Assembly (NCBI GenBank): GCA_046761065.1
Contig: JBHIFL010000054.1
Location: forward strand, 1-27,975
DNA from: Candidatus Heimdallarchaeota archaeon
GTDB lineage: Archaea > Asgardarchaeota > Wukongarchaeia > Wukongarchaeales > JBHIFL01
Direction: 5' to 3'
DNA: 27,975 bases
Of the stretch, positions 9,607 to 18,726 are shown piece after piece. The notes below the pieces were generated by a model. That model did not search any database. It saw nothing but the letters and a program-made list of their open reading frames with translations, and was not told the origin of the DNA. The position numbers and the translations under genes are program-made. How positions within the stretch are numbered: the first letter of the stretch is position 1; the number at the start of each line of letters is the position of its first letter.

Positions 9607-10277
9607 TGCTCTTCACCTTCTGGTTTGCGAGTTTGATCCATCAATCGTTTTGCTTCTGCAACGGCAGAAACAGCATTATCCCCATAGGCATCTGCACCAA
9701 TCTCTTTTGCCCACATCGGGGTTACAGGTGCTCCTCCTACTATGACTTTAATTTGATTCCTTAATTTCTCCCGCCTAAGGGCTTCAATCAACTTCTGTTG
9801 TTCTGGTAACGCTATTCTCAAGAGAACCGAGACTCCGACGATGTCGGGTTTCAACTTCCGTACCGTTTCAATGAATTTATCAACCGATACATCGACACCT
9901 AAATCATGAACCTCAAAGCCAGCGGCTGCTAACATGGCAATTACGATGTTTTTTCCGATATCATGAATATCTCCAGCTGCGGTTCCAATAACAATCCGAC
10001 CTTTTGATTTCATTTGTTGCTGTGTTCTCTGTAATTCGGGTTCTAAAATTCGGATGCCGGCTTTCATCGCTTCAGCGCCCATGACCAGATCTGGTAAAAA
10101 ATACTCGCCTGCCTCAAATTTTTCACCAACAATACGAACTCCTCGGGCTAACCCATCTTCGAGAATTGTTAAAGGATCCATGCCATAATTTAAATACCTC
10201 ATAGTCAATTCTTTGGCTCTTTTTGCATCACCAAGGATCACTGCTTCAGCTAACGCACTCGAAGGTTCATCTGTCAT
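9603..10277 (-). CDS. Methyltransferase cognate corrinoid protein (MttC/MtbC-like)
   Basis: B12-binding DxHxxG motif (GDIHDIGKNIV), N-terminal cap domain (GEKFEAGEYFLPDLV), and VIVGGAPVT...IGADAY. Start refined to ATG 10277, which follows a GAGGAG SD-like sequence. Confidence 0.95.
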   Translation of the reverse strand: MTDEPSSALAEAVILGDAKRAKELTMRYLNYGMDPLTILEDGLARGVRIVGEKFEAGEYFLPDLVMGAEAMKAGIRILEPELQRTQQQMKSKGRIVIGTAAGDIHDIGKNIVIAMLAAAGFEVHDLGVDVSVDKFIETVRKLKPDIVGVSVLLRIALPEQQKLIEALRREKLRNQIKVIVGGAPVTPMWAKEIGADAYGDNAVSAVAEAKRLMDQTRKPEGEEQ

Positions 10278-10492
10278 AAGTACGATCCACTCCTCTTTGG
10301 TTATGCACCATCCATGGTAATAATTAATAAAATTGTTGTCAACGATCTTAAGTCGAGTTTTTTCAAGTAACAAACACCTGCCGATTATTTAGTCAAAGTT
10401 ACATTCTACAATATTTGATTGTTTCTAGTTGGGTTTATTTTATTAATTAATTCCATGAAATAAACTTCTGATTAGGTTGAAGGCGAGAAAGT

Positions 10493-11698
10493 TCACTTGA
10501 GGACGGATGAATAGAGCGACTCAATCTGATCCAATACAGCTTCCCAAGTAAAAAGCTGTTTTACCCGTTCCCGCCCGTTATTACCCATTTTTAAAGCGAG
10601 ATCAGGGTCTTCAAGTATTTGACAAATATATTGTGCAATTAGTTCGGAATTTTCTCTTTCTGGAGCACGAAAAAGGAATCCATCGACTCCATGACGTACT
10701 ACATAAGACACACCCCCACTTAATGAAGCGACAACCGGGGTTCCCAGATAAAGGGATTCGGCAAGTGACATCCCAAAGGCCTCATATGAAGATGGAAGCA
10801 CATTTACCGTGGCATGCTTAAGGAATGAATTGCGCTCAGGATCCGTTACAAACCCCACAATCGTGATATGATCTTGCAAGGAGTTTTCATTTATGAATTT
10901 AACCGTTTCTTGATATTGATCACGTTTACGACCGACTAAAACAAGATGCGTATCTGGATGTTTTTCATGGACAATTTTAAATGCTTTTGTGGCATAAAGG
11001 GGACCTTTTCTTTGATCCAAAAGACCTAAAAATAAGATATAGTGTTGATCAATTGGAATTCCATACTTTTTAAGAGTTTGAGTGAAGTCTGCTTCTTTAT
11101 GAAGTTGATTCGGTGCAATCCCACAACCAATTACATGGATTTTATTAGGGTCTACTCCGTATTCGTCACTAAGTGTTTCTTTTTCCATTGGAGAGACTGC
11201 GACGATTGCGGTTGCTAAATTGAAGAGGACTTGGAGAAATGTTGATTCATAAATTCGTCTGAGCCGCCTTTCTGTATCTGTATGAAACCCCCAATAGAAA
11301 AGACTGTGTGGGGTGTACACAAATGGAACTCGTTTGAGACGTGATGCCAAAGCAGCTAGCTCGGTTGGTTGAGTAAAAGTGGAGTGTGCATGAATTAAAT
11401 CGCATTCGATATCGATAAGACGTTTCAAGAAATTAGGAATCACAACACCTGATGGAGGGAGTTCCACAAGATATCCAGGCTCCCGAGTTACATGAATTCC
11501 GTCAATCCATTCCTCATCCCGATCAACTCTGTTGCTACCAGAACTAAAATTAGATGTGATCACTGTTACTTCATGTCCGCGTTTCACCAGACGCCTTGAA
11601 ACCTCATAAACATGCCGTTCCTGTCCTCCCTCAATTCCTGTAATTTCTCCATCCTCTGATAAGTAAGGGAAACGATGATGCACTTGAAGAATTTGCAT
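10493..11698 (-). CDS. Glycosyltransferase family 4 (GT-B)
   Basis: Motifs GGQERHV, RGHEVTVIT, DLIHAH, LFLGLLDQRKG and PSSYEAFGMSLAES (ExxxxxxxE). Confidence 0.92.
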   Translation of the reverse strand: MQILQVHHRFPYLSEDGEITGIEGGQERHVYEVSRRLVKRGHEVTVITSNFSSGSNRVDRDEEWIDGIHVTREPGYLVELPPSGVVIPNFLKRLIDIECDLIHAHSTFTQPTELAALASRLKRVPFVYTPHSLFYWGFHTDTERRLRRIYESTFLQVLFNLATAIVAVSPMEKETLSDEYGVDPNKIHVIGCGIAPNQLHKEADFTQTLKKYGIPIDQHYILFLGLLDQRKGPLYATKAFKIVHEKHPDTHLVLVGRKRDQYQETVKFINENSLQDHITIVGFVTDPERNSFLKHATVNVLPSSYEAFGMSLAESLYLGTPVVASLSGGVSYVVRHGVDGFLFRAPERENSELIAQYICQILEDPDLALKMGNNGRERVKQLFTWEAVLDQIESLYSSVLK

Positions 11699-11884
11699 AT
11701 ATTTTTACTCCCGAATATTTACTATAAATCTGCTTTTGTCAATTTAAAGTTACCTAGAATTTCACTTAGATTTATCTAATCGCTTCCTAATTAATCCTGC
11801 CCACACGAGTTGTTCAACAGCCATAGTAACAAAGGATCAATTCACAATCCGAAAAAACTAAAATATTTCATCGTTAATGATTTT

Positions 11885-12976
11885 TTACTGATTAACGCCT
11901 TGTATAATTGTCTTAACGAAATCTTCGGGCGTAGTTCCTGGAGCTTGAATCTTGTTTTGCTCATAAAATTGAGTTATTACCTTTTGTAACTTTGTTAGCT
12001 CAATTTTTGTTCCACGCAGTGTCTTTTCCAAACTATTCACAGATCGCTCTGGAAGCATCCAAAAATCGCCGGTGATTAATTTATCTTTAATCGTTTCATG
12101 ATCAATCTCCATTAGAAGTCTGATAAGCCCCCCAGGAGCTTTATAGAGGCTCTGGATCACCTGAAGACTCCCGCTTATTTTTAAGCTTTTCACTAATCGG
12201 GGGTTTCTCCTTGTGACTTGAAATAGCCATTCTTCTGTTTGATATTTGTGTTTCAAATTGTCCATAATTTCGAGCGTGCGTTCATCTAACTCTCCCCATT
12301 CGAAATCTATTCCAAGTAATGCTTCAAAATTTCGCGTATAGATTTCTATGATCTCTTTGCGAGATGGGATACTTCCAAGTTCGTCCTTTAGACTGGTTAC
12401 TCCGGCTTCAAGGGATTTAATTACTTTGTCTCTAAATTTCTCGTTCGGTACTTTGAGGATTTGCGCCATTAGTTTCCGAGGGAATTCCAATATAAAATTG
12501 CCAACAAGTTCCATGGCAGACTCGAATGTAGCGGCTCCATTTCCAGAGATCTTGCGACCTCCTACTACTATATCATTGACAGGTCTGAATTGTGCATTAA
12601 CTCCCAAATCTTGGTATGTTTTCACCACCGGCGCGAGTAATTGCTCATAGAACTTATCAGCTTTCCTAGCAATGCCGGGAGTATCAATGTGTGTCACTAC
12701 CTGATAAAAAATTTGATCCCTATCTAGCAGAACGGTTCCCCCTCCACACGCTCGCCGATAGAAGGGGATCCCGTTTGTTCTACAATAATCAACATCAATT
12801 TCGAGATCCACGGTTTGATGAAACCCGATACAGACAAAGGGGCGATCTGGCCAATTAATCAGTACCGTATTTCTACGGACTCCTTCGCTCACTGCTAAAG
12901 CCACAGCATGATAGATAACTTGGGTTTCTAAACCATCTAACTCGCCAAGATTCACTAGACTCCATTTTGTGCGCAT
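11885..12976 (-). CDS. lplA: Lipoate-protein ligase A family protein (with C-terminal domain)
   Basis: Motifs RRACGGGTV, NDIVVGGRKISGNG (adenylate-binding Lys), and C-terminal YKAPGGLIR...ITGDF. Confidence 0.88.
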   Translation of the reverse strand: MRTKWSLVNLGELDGLETQVIYHAVALAVSEGVRRNTVLINWPDRPFVCIGFHQTVDLEIDVDYCRTNGIPFYRRACGGGTVLLDRDQIFYQVVTHIDTPGIARKADKFYEQLLAPVVKTYQDLGVNAQFRPVNDIVVGGRKISGNGAATFESAMELVGNFILEFPRKLMAQILKVPNEKFRDKVIKSLEAGVTSLKDELGSIPSRKEIIEIYTRNFEALLGIDFEWGELDERTLEIMDNLKHKYQTEEWLFQVTRRNPRLVKSLKISGSLQVIQSLYKAPGGLIRLLMEIDHETIKDKLITGDFWMLPERSVNSLEKTLRGTKIELTKLQKVITQFYEQNKIQAPGTTPEDFVKTIIQGVNQ

Positions 12977-13306
12977 GATATATAAACAACCACTTCATTT
13001 TTAGAAGGATCACTGGCTAAGTGATAGAAAAACGTTTTTCTTCACACCATCCATCGCACCATACATGATAATTGTTAACAAAATGATTATTATCAGTCTT
13101 TCTTGCACCCTTAAGCTTCTCAATTACTACAATCTTCAGCGTGTTTTCATTTTATTAACAGTATAATGTATATATAATTTTTAGCTAGTGTAATCGTAAT
13201 GTAACTGATTTGGGTTTTAATACTAAAACTTTTATGAATCATCATGAAAGATCATCTATTCCCAGAATAAGACGCAGAAAAGTGTTAGATTGGAGAAGCA
13301 AGAAAT

Positions 13307-14053
13307 ATGATAACAAATAAACCCTTGATTCTGTTGTTTATTCTGATGCTTGGAACTGGCTGGGCATTCCAAGTTGATGTCGTTGTCCCTTATAACGAGA
13401 CTTCCCAAGTCGTCATAGATGGCACTATTAACCAAAATGAGTATGCTGGTCATTATGAAGAATCCAACACAGGAATGCAAATTCATTGGGAGCATAATGG
13501 AGAAAATATGTACATTGGTTTGGTTAGCCCCGGAACAGGCTGGGTAGCTGTAGGATTCGGTCCGTTGGGACAAAAAATGGATAAGGCAAATGTGATTCTT
13601 GGAGCTGTTGATGATGCCACGGGGGAGGCAACTCTATCCGATCAGTCGGTGTCAGGACGAAGTCACACTGAAGATTCCCATAATAATATTATTGAAGGTG
13701 CAGGAACCCAAAGAGCTGAGGAAACATTAATCGAGTTCGTTTTTCCATTAAATTCAGGAGATGATGCCGACCATAGTTTCGAGATGGGGGGGACTTATGG
13801 ATTTATCGTGGCCTGTCATGCGTCATCCGATGATTTCGGAAGCAAACATACTAAACGGGTTGCATCCTTATCCTTGCAAATAGAATCTCCTCTTGAGATA
13901 ACTGGAAAGCCAACAACTGAACCTACAACAGAATCTGAAACAACAGAAGTGCCAGAATTGGCTTTTTCAAATGGTAATATGGTGCTTCTTTTATTTGTGA
14001 TTGGTGGATTCATCACGATTACTTGTTATCGAATCTCGAAAAAATATCTCTAG
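13307..14053 (+). CDS. Secreted, membrane-anchored DOMON-domain protein
   Basis: Signal peptide, DOMON motifs (MYIGL...GWVAVGF...MDKANVILG), a Thr/Glu/Pro-rich linker, and a C-terminal TM with a basic tail. Confidence 0.8.
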   Translation: MITNKPLILLFILMLGTGWAFQVDVVVPYNETSQVVIDGTINQNEYAGHYEESNTGMQIHWEHNGENMYIGLVSPGTGWVAVGFGPLGQKMDKANVILGAVDDATGEATLSDQSVSGRSHTEDSHNNIIEGAGTQRAEETLIEFVFPLNSGDDADHSFEMGGTYGFIVACHASSDDFGSKHTKRVASLSLQIESPLEITGKPTTEPTTESETTEVPELAFSNGNMVLLLFVIGGFITITCYRISKKYL

Positions 14054-14151
14054 AGTATGGGAGAATCTTTCATAAGTCATTTTCCACATAGCAGATGAGA
14101 TATACAATACTGAGATAATGGGTTAGAGAATTTTGGTAAGAAGGCAGGTGA

Positions 14152-14598
14152 ATGGATCTTTTTACCATTGGGCATTCAACAAGAACCCTCGATGAACTAA
14201 TCAGAATCCTACAAACCTATGGAATAAAGACCCTAGTTGATGTGCGACGGTTTCCTGGCTCAAAGAAGTTCCCCCACTTCAATAGAGAAAATCTAGAGAA
14301 AGTCTTACCGAAACATTCAATCAGATATTGCTGGCTAGGAGAATCTTTAGGTGGCTTTCGGAAGGGAGGGTATAAAGAGTACATCAAAACCGAAGAATTT
14401 GAGCACGGCATCAATCAACTCCTCACAATCGCAAAGAAAGCACGAACTGCCATCATGTGTAGTGAAATCGTTTGGTTCCGCTGTCACCGAAATTACATCT
14501 CGGAGCACCTCGTAAGAATAGAGCATCAAGTGATCCATATTGTGAATGAAAAAAGAAAGTACGAGCATAAGCTACGTAAAAATCCCAAAGTCTCTTGA
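14152..14598 (+). CDS. DUF488 domain-containing protein
   Basis: Motifs LFTIGHSTR, LVDVRRFPGS, LGGFR and IMCSE...RCHR. AGGTGA SD-like sequence upstream. Confidence 0.88.
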   Translation: MDLFTIGHSTRTLDELIRILQTYGIKTLVDVRRFPGSKKFPHFNRENLEKVLPKHSIRYCWLGESLGGFRKGGYKEYIKTEEFEHGINQLLTIAKKARTAIMCSEIVWFRCHRNYISEHLVRIEHQVIHIVNEKRKYEHKLRKNPKVS

Positions 14599-14703
14599 AT
14601 CTAATTCTTCTATTGGCAGTACCGTCCGTTTGTAACGCCTTAATTCCGATATAGTTGCCTAAAAATCACTCCTTGTTTACAATAGTTCCAGACAAGTTCT
14701 CAT

Positions 14704-15060
14704 TTAGTTAATATCATCATTACTTGTCTTCAAAATCAACTTTATTTGTGATTCAAGCAGGGGTATGTCAATTAATAGGATCTCCCAGACAATATGAGTG
14801 CTGACGCCAAAGTTAGCTGACTGAGTTTGTCTCTCATACAACTCAATACCTTCCAATTTACTCTATTATAATTCTCCTTAATCTCCACAAGAATATTTTT
14901 AAAGCTTTTCCAATAATCTCTAGATTCATAATAACTGCATCTATTGTTTTTTCATCCCGCATAAACTCCTGATAGCTCAGATCCCGAGTATATAACTTAA
15001 TTTTATTAATGGCTTCAAGGAATCTAGCAGAAAGAGCCTAACAGTTCGCTTTTTAGGCAT
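14704..15060 (-). pseudogene. HepT/DUF86 HEPN RNase toxin pseudogene (three 1-nt deletions)
   Basis: Not in the ORF track. Manual reconstruction gives MPKKRTVRLFLLD/xLEAINKIKLYTRDLSYQEFMRDEKTIDAVIMNLEIIGKA/xKNILVEIKENYNRVNWKVLSCMRDKLS/xANFGVSTHIVWEILLIDIPLLESQIKLILKTSNDDIN*. The ATG overlaps the end of the upstream MNT gene. Confidence 0.88.
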
Positions 15061-15346
15061 AAACGGTCTCTTCCAAGATATAAAACTTTATTAGAGGCTT
15101 TAGGGCATCTGAAGTGACAAAATCGACTCGTACTCTAAGCAACTCGTTTAAGTGATCTTCAAGCTCTATAATTGCGAAGAATCCCACTGGCTTTTCAAAC
15201 TCCACAAGCACATCTATGTCACTACCCTCAGTCTGTTCTCCCCTCACCCAAGAGCCAAATATGCCGATCCGTTTTATCTGGAACGTTTCCTTAAGGTTGG
15301 AATGTTCTTCTTTCAGGATTTTTAGAACTTGCTCCTGGGTTCTCAT
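15053..15346 (-). CDS. Minimal nucleotidyltransferase (MNT, MntA-type antitoxin)
   Basis: GIFGSWVRGEQTEGSDIDVLV (GSx10DxD) and RVDFVT. GGAGGT SD upstream, and it sits directly upstream of the HEPN gene. Confidence 0.92.
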   Translation of the reverse strand: MRTQEQVLKILKEEHSNLKETFQIKRIGIFGSWVRGEQTEGSDIDVLVEFEKPVGFFAIIELEDHLNELLRVRVDFVTSDALKPLIKFYILEETVYA

Positions 15347-15444
15347 CTATCATACCTCCTGTTAGATAGGCTTACATTGTCTAGGTATACTTCTTATATA
15401 TAATGTAGTAATTCCTCGATTTAAACGAAGGATGCAAAATTACG

Positions 15445-16941
15445 TTAGCCTTTTATTTCTCTTTGTTCAATGTCCCGGACAATTTCATTGACTGCATTCT
15501 CAATATCTGGATCCAAGGGTTCTGGCTCATGTTCTGCTAAAATTTGCATGGCCCGTTCTCGTGCCACCTTCCGCAAACTCCGTCCTCCTGCTTTCTTCCA
15601 GTTCTCGAACATCTCCCGACTCAGGATGGGAGGGAAAAAATGTTCAGTTCTGAAATAAGCTGATGTATGTTTTGAGTAGAGGTAATTCGATTCTCCTCGC
15701 CAAACCAAAGGAGCTATCTTATGTATCTCATCGACGGCTAAGGTATCGTCGTCAATAGTGATCCCTTCCAAAATTCTAGTGATCATACCGAGCATATCAT
15801 TGTCTGTGACCTGTTTCTCGTAGGAGATAGCTAGAACTCCGGGTTCCACGCCTCCACTTGAATTAAACACAAAGTTGATACCTGCAAGCGCGCATATTAA
15901 AGCCCCCATTGCGCTTTCGTAACCTGCTTGAATATCGGGAATGATCGCATCAGTTGTTCCTCCTGTCCCTCGTGAGGCCATCCCATAATAGCGCGCGAGT
16001 TGCGCTGATGCAGCATTTAACAACCCACTTTCCGGGGAACCGAGGGCACAAACTCCGGATCTCATGTCCACGACATGGCTTACACACCCATAGAGGACTG
16101 GTGGACGGCGCTGGGGGCTGGCCGCCATCTGGGCAATTGTGAGCCCACTCAGGACTTCTGCATTTTGTTGGACGAGAATCCCTCCAAGTGTTGCAGGGCC
16201 TGATACGCCACCCATAACCTCGCTTGCAAAAAGAATCGGCAATCCTTGTTCTGCATACACCACCACACTATCAGTTTGTTCTTTACTATGCATTAGCGGT
16301 GCTACTGGATTGCTCCACATCCAACCGATCGGTTTTCGTTGTAACTCTTCAATTCCTCCCATCACAGCTGCTTGGAGTCGAATCGCGTCATTTGCCGCAA
16401 AGACGAATGCATCCGTGGCTAAACCCGGTTTGTCCGTGTTCTTCAATCTTAATAGGAAGCGACGAGCCATTGTAACGGGCTCTGGAACCCCAATCTCTTC
16501 AACAGCACCAGGAAGTATAGCGCCCGCTATGTGAATGTATTCGAGAGCATCTGTAATTTTGATCAGATTCTCAATATCTTGATAAGTCGCTCTTCTTCGG
16601 ATTCCATCTAGATCTAGGACGTAAGGTGGGGCACCTGAAACACTGAAATACACTCTTCCATCCTCAAATTTACATTTTTTTAACGAATTTCGTCCATGGA
16701 GTGTAAAACGGGGAGGATTCTTTCGGATGGCTTCTTCTACGAGATGGGGAGGGATTTTTGCAATTTGTTGTTTTGGGTTGACCTCAGCGCCCGCCTTCTC
16801 CAATACACGAAGAGCTTTCTCCGACTTGATGTTCACTCCTGTTTGTTCAAGAACTTCCAAAGTTGCATAATGAATGTCCAAAATCTGTTCTCGACTTAGG
16901 AACTTGAGTTGTCCCCCACGAATACTTTTTAACCATGTCAT
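15445..16941 (-). CDS. Second MttB-superfamily corrinoid methyltransferase, non-pyrrolysine
   Basis: Motifs LKFLSREQILDIHYATLEVL, GGVSGPATLGGILVQQNAEVLSG, DMRSG, GSPE, DIQAGYES and SYEKQVTDND. Thr occupies the Pyl-equivalent site (GGTTDA). Start refined to ATG 16941, with GGAG 9 nt upstream. Confidence 0.93.
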   Translation of the reverse strand: MTWLKSIRGGQLKFLSREQILDIHYATLEVLEQTGVNIKSEKALRVLEKAGAEVNPKQQIAKIPPHLVEEAIRKNPPRFTLHGRNSLKKCKFEDGRVYFSVSGAPPYVLDLDGIRRRATYQDIENLIKITDALEYIHIAGAILPGAVEEIGVPEPVTMARRFLLRLKNTDKPGLATDAFVFAANDAIRLQAAVMGGIEELQRKPIGWMWSNPVAPLMHSKEQTDSVVVYAEQGLPILFASEVMGGVSGPATLGGILVQQNAEVLSGLTIAQMAASPQRRPPVLYGCVSHVVDMRSGVCALGSPESGLLNAASAQLARYYGMASRGTGGTTDAIIPDIQAGYESAMGALICALAGINFVFNSSGGVEPGVLAISYEKQVTDNDMLGMITRILEGITIDDDTLAVDEIHKIAPLVWRGESNYLYSKHTSAYFRTEHFFPPILSREMFENWKKAGGRSLRKVARERAMQILAEHEPEPLDPDIENAVNEIVRDIEQREIKG

Positions 16942-17184
16942 CAGAACGATCTCCATCTGCAGATGCTTGAATCTTAAAGTAATATACTTTGCTACGTTTT
17001 TCTTAAAATGGCTCAATAGGAGGAACAACTCTTTTATGAAAAAGTATTCATTATTATCTTCTGAGCCTGATATTCCTGTCCTTTTAAGCCTATTTCATTC
17101 TTTGAAGTGTTTACAAAAGGACTCCCTATGTATGAATTTAGTTAATGCATTTCAATTTAGATGCCAGTTAATTCAATAAAATAA

Positions 17185-17193
17185 CACCAATGA
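17185..17193 (+). repeat. Left target-site duplication CACCAATGA (9 bp)
   Basis: Identical to 18727-18735 and directly abuts the left TIR. Confidence 0.95.
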
Positions 17194-17215
17194 GGTATTT
17201 TTCACATTTCGGGGA
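17194..17215 (+). repeat. Left terminal inverted repeat GGTATTTTTCACATTTCGGGGA
   Basis: Exact reverse complement of 18705-18726. Confidence 0.95.
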
Positions 17216-17274
17216 GGGATGGTAGCAACCGACAAAAATATCCTTGGAGGGGGATTTGGTTGCTCTGATATACC

Positions 17275-18687
17275 ATGAACAAAACAACCCCCACTCTCCA
17301 GGGATGGCTCCGCTTGGCCATCTCAGAGCCAGCTCCTTCTGGCACGGCGCAGCTTATAAGTGTTTTCATTCGGTTTCTGATTAAATGTCCCAATCCCGCC
17401 TGTCAGTCCTCTGCCATCTGGAAAGACGGCCGCGATGCCTCCCACAGCCAGCGCCCCCAGCGCCTGGTCTGCTCCCAGTGTGGTAAGCAGTTTTATCTGC
17501 ACACCTCCTATGTCTTCCACGTCCTGAGCCAATCTCTTCTCGATGAGCTCCTCGATGCCGTCCTGCGGCAAGGCACGCCCCTTGCGGCCTTGGCACAGCA
17601 GTACCACGTCTCCAAGGCCTTTCTTTCCGGTCTAACTCAGCGCCTGCGCGAATTCCTCCAGGAGCGCACCACGCGGGCCAAGAAGGCCCTGGCGCGGACG
17701 AAACTCCGAAAACAGCTTCCAGAGAACCTGAAACACGTTGTCTACATGGATGAGACCTTCCTGCGGATCGTCGGGAAGCAATTCAAATTGATTCTCGCCA
17801 TTGACTCCTCAGGCGCCGTCTTGGGCTGGGTATTGCGCCCGACCCGTACGGCAGCGGATATCAAAGCCGTTTTAGAGCAGGTTTTGGCTAGAATAGGACG
17901 GATTGCCGTCTTGATCACCGATGGGTTCAGCAGCTACAAGACCGCAATCAAGCACCTGCGACTGAGCCTGCTTCACATCCGCCACCTGCACTCCCACCCC
18001 TGGCGGGACGTCCACCTGACCGCTTATGAGTACTGGCCAAAAGAACGCCTCATCCAGGAGGTAACAGTTGGCATCGCCTATGATGCGTTTACTCGGCCGG
18101 GTTCGGCCTTTGGGAGGGTCTTCACCCAAACCCGGCGGGTGTCCGGGCCCGGCCGGGGTCCAGGCCGGCCCCAAGGCGCCAAGGATAAACAGGCCCGACG
18201 GCGCCGGAAACAGGCCACCTCCTCCCCCAAAGGGGCCCCCAAGACCAACAGCCAAAAAAGAGGACCGAAGAACGTTTTGGAGGATGGGCGCCTCTTCCAA
18301 TTTCACGTGGAGCCCTCCGAGCAGGTGCTAGAGCTGGAGGGGGCCGCCTTGGGGCGCTCGGAGGAGCTTGGGGAGGAGGTGGGGCGGGGGGAAGTCCTTC
18401 GGCTCCTGTGGACTGCGGCCTGGCTCTTTCAGTGGAGTTATGTGACGACTAATCTCATCGAAAGGCTGATCAGTCAGATCAAGCTCCACCTCCCCCAGCG
18501 CGGGCGGAACTCGGAGGAAGCGGTGAAACGGCGGGTCGAGGCGATCCTAGCCTACCCGGAGGTCCCCGAAGGAACAGACGAAGCAGAGGAGCTGGGGCTC
18601 TTGCCCACGTTCCCCCACTTAGGGTTTAGAAACCTGGGAGCGTTTATCACCCCCCAAATCGAGGCGATGGAGGTGATCCGGGCCTAG
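17275..18687 (+). CDS. DDE transposase with N-terminal Zn ribbon and HTH
   Basis: CPNPAC...KDG...QRLVCSQCGKQF (InsA-like Zn ribbon), an HTH-like LAALAQQYHVS, YMDETF (D159), LITDG (D216) and TTNLIER (E396). Confidence 0.9.
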   Translation: MNKTTPTLQGWLRLAISEPAPSGTAQLISVFIRFLIKCPNPACQSSAIWKDGRDASHSQRPQRLVCSQCGKQFYLHTSYVFHVLSQSLLDELLDAVLRQGTPLAALAQQYHVSKAFLSGLTQRLREFLQERTTRAKKALARTKLRKQLPENLKHVVYMDETFLRIVGKQFKLILAIDSSGAVLGWVLRPTRTAADIKAVLEQVLARIGRIAVLITDGFSSYKTAIKHLRLSLLHIRHLHSHPWRDVHLTAYEYWPKERLIQEVTVGIAYDAFTRPGSAFGRVFTQTRRVSGPGRGPGRPQGAKDKQARRRRKQATSSPKGAPKTNSQKRGPKNVLEDGRLFQFHVEPSEQVLELEGAALGRSEELGEEVGRGEVLRLLWTAAWLFQWSYVTTNLIERLISQIKLHLPQRGRNSEEAVKRRVEAILAYPEVPEGTDEAEELGLLPTFPHLGFRNLGAFITPQIEAMEVIRA

Positions 18688-18704
18688 AGGGGCCTTTTTG
18701 CCTA

Positions 18705-18726
18705 TCCCCGAAATGTGAAAAATACC
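18705..18726 (-). repeat. Right terminal inverted repeat TCCCCGAAATGTGAAAAATACC
   Basis: Exact reverse complement of 17194-17215. Confidence 0.95.

Larger units (their letters stand above)
17194..18726 (+). mobile_element. Complete insertion sequence (1533 bp), IS1/IS6/IS1595-related DDE element
   Basis: Perfect 22-bp TIRs, a 9-bp TSD, a single transposase ORF, and an abrupt rise in GC relative to the AT-rich flanks. Confidence 0.95.

Noticed and set aside
8143-16941. Pyrrolysine (TAG) read-through in the MttB genes
   Set aside because: Both ORFs are full length with sense codons (Ser, Thr) at the Pyl-equivalent position, and no pyl genes or tRNA-Pyl are visible.
17202-18331. Overlapping alternative ORFs inside the IS (17202-17393, 17323-17607, 17381-17596, 17872-18306, 18068-18331)
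   Set aside because: Expected by-products of high GC with few stop codons. No motifs, and the transposase is complete in one frame.
18340-18391. G-run cluster (possible G-quadruplex) and C-rich to G-rich skew along the IS
   Set aside because: Explicable by Gly/Glu codons in a GC-rich gene, with no independent evidence of function.
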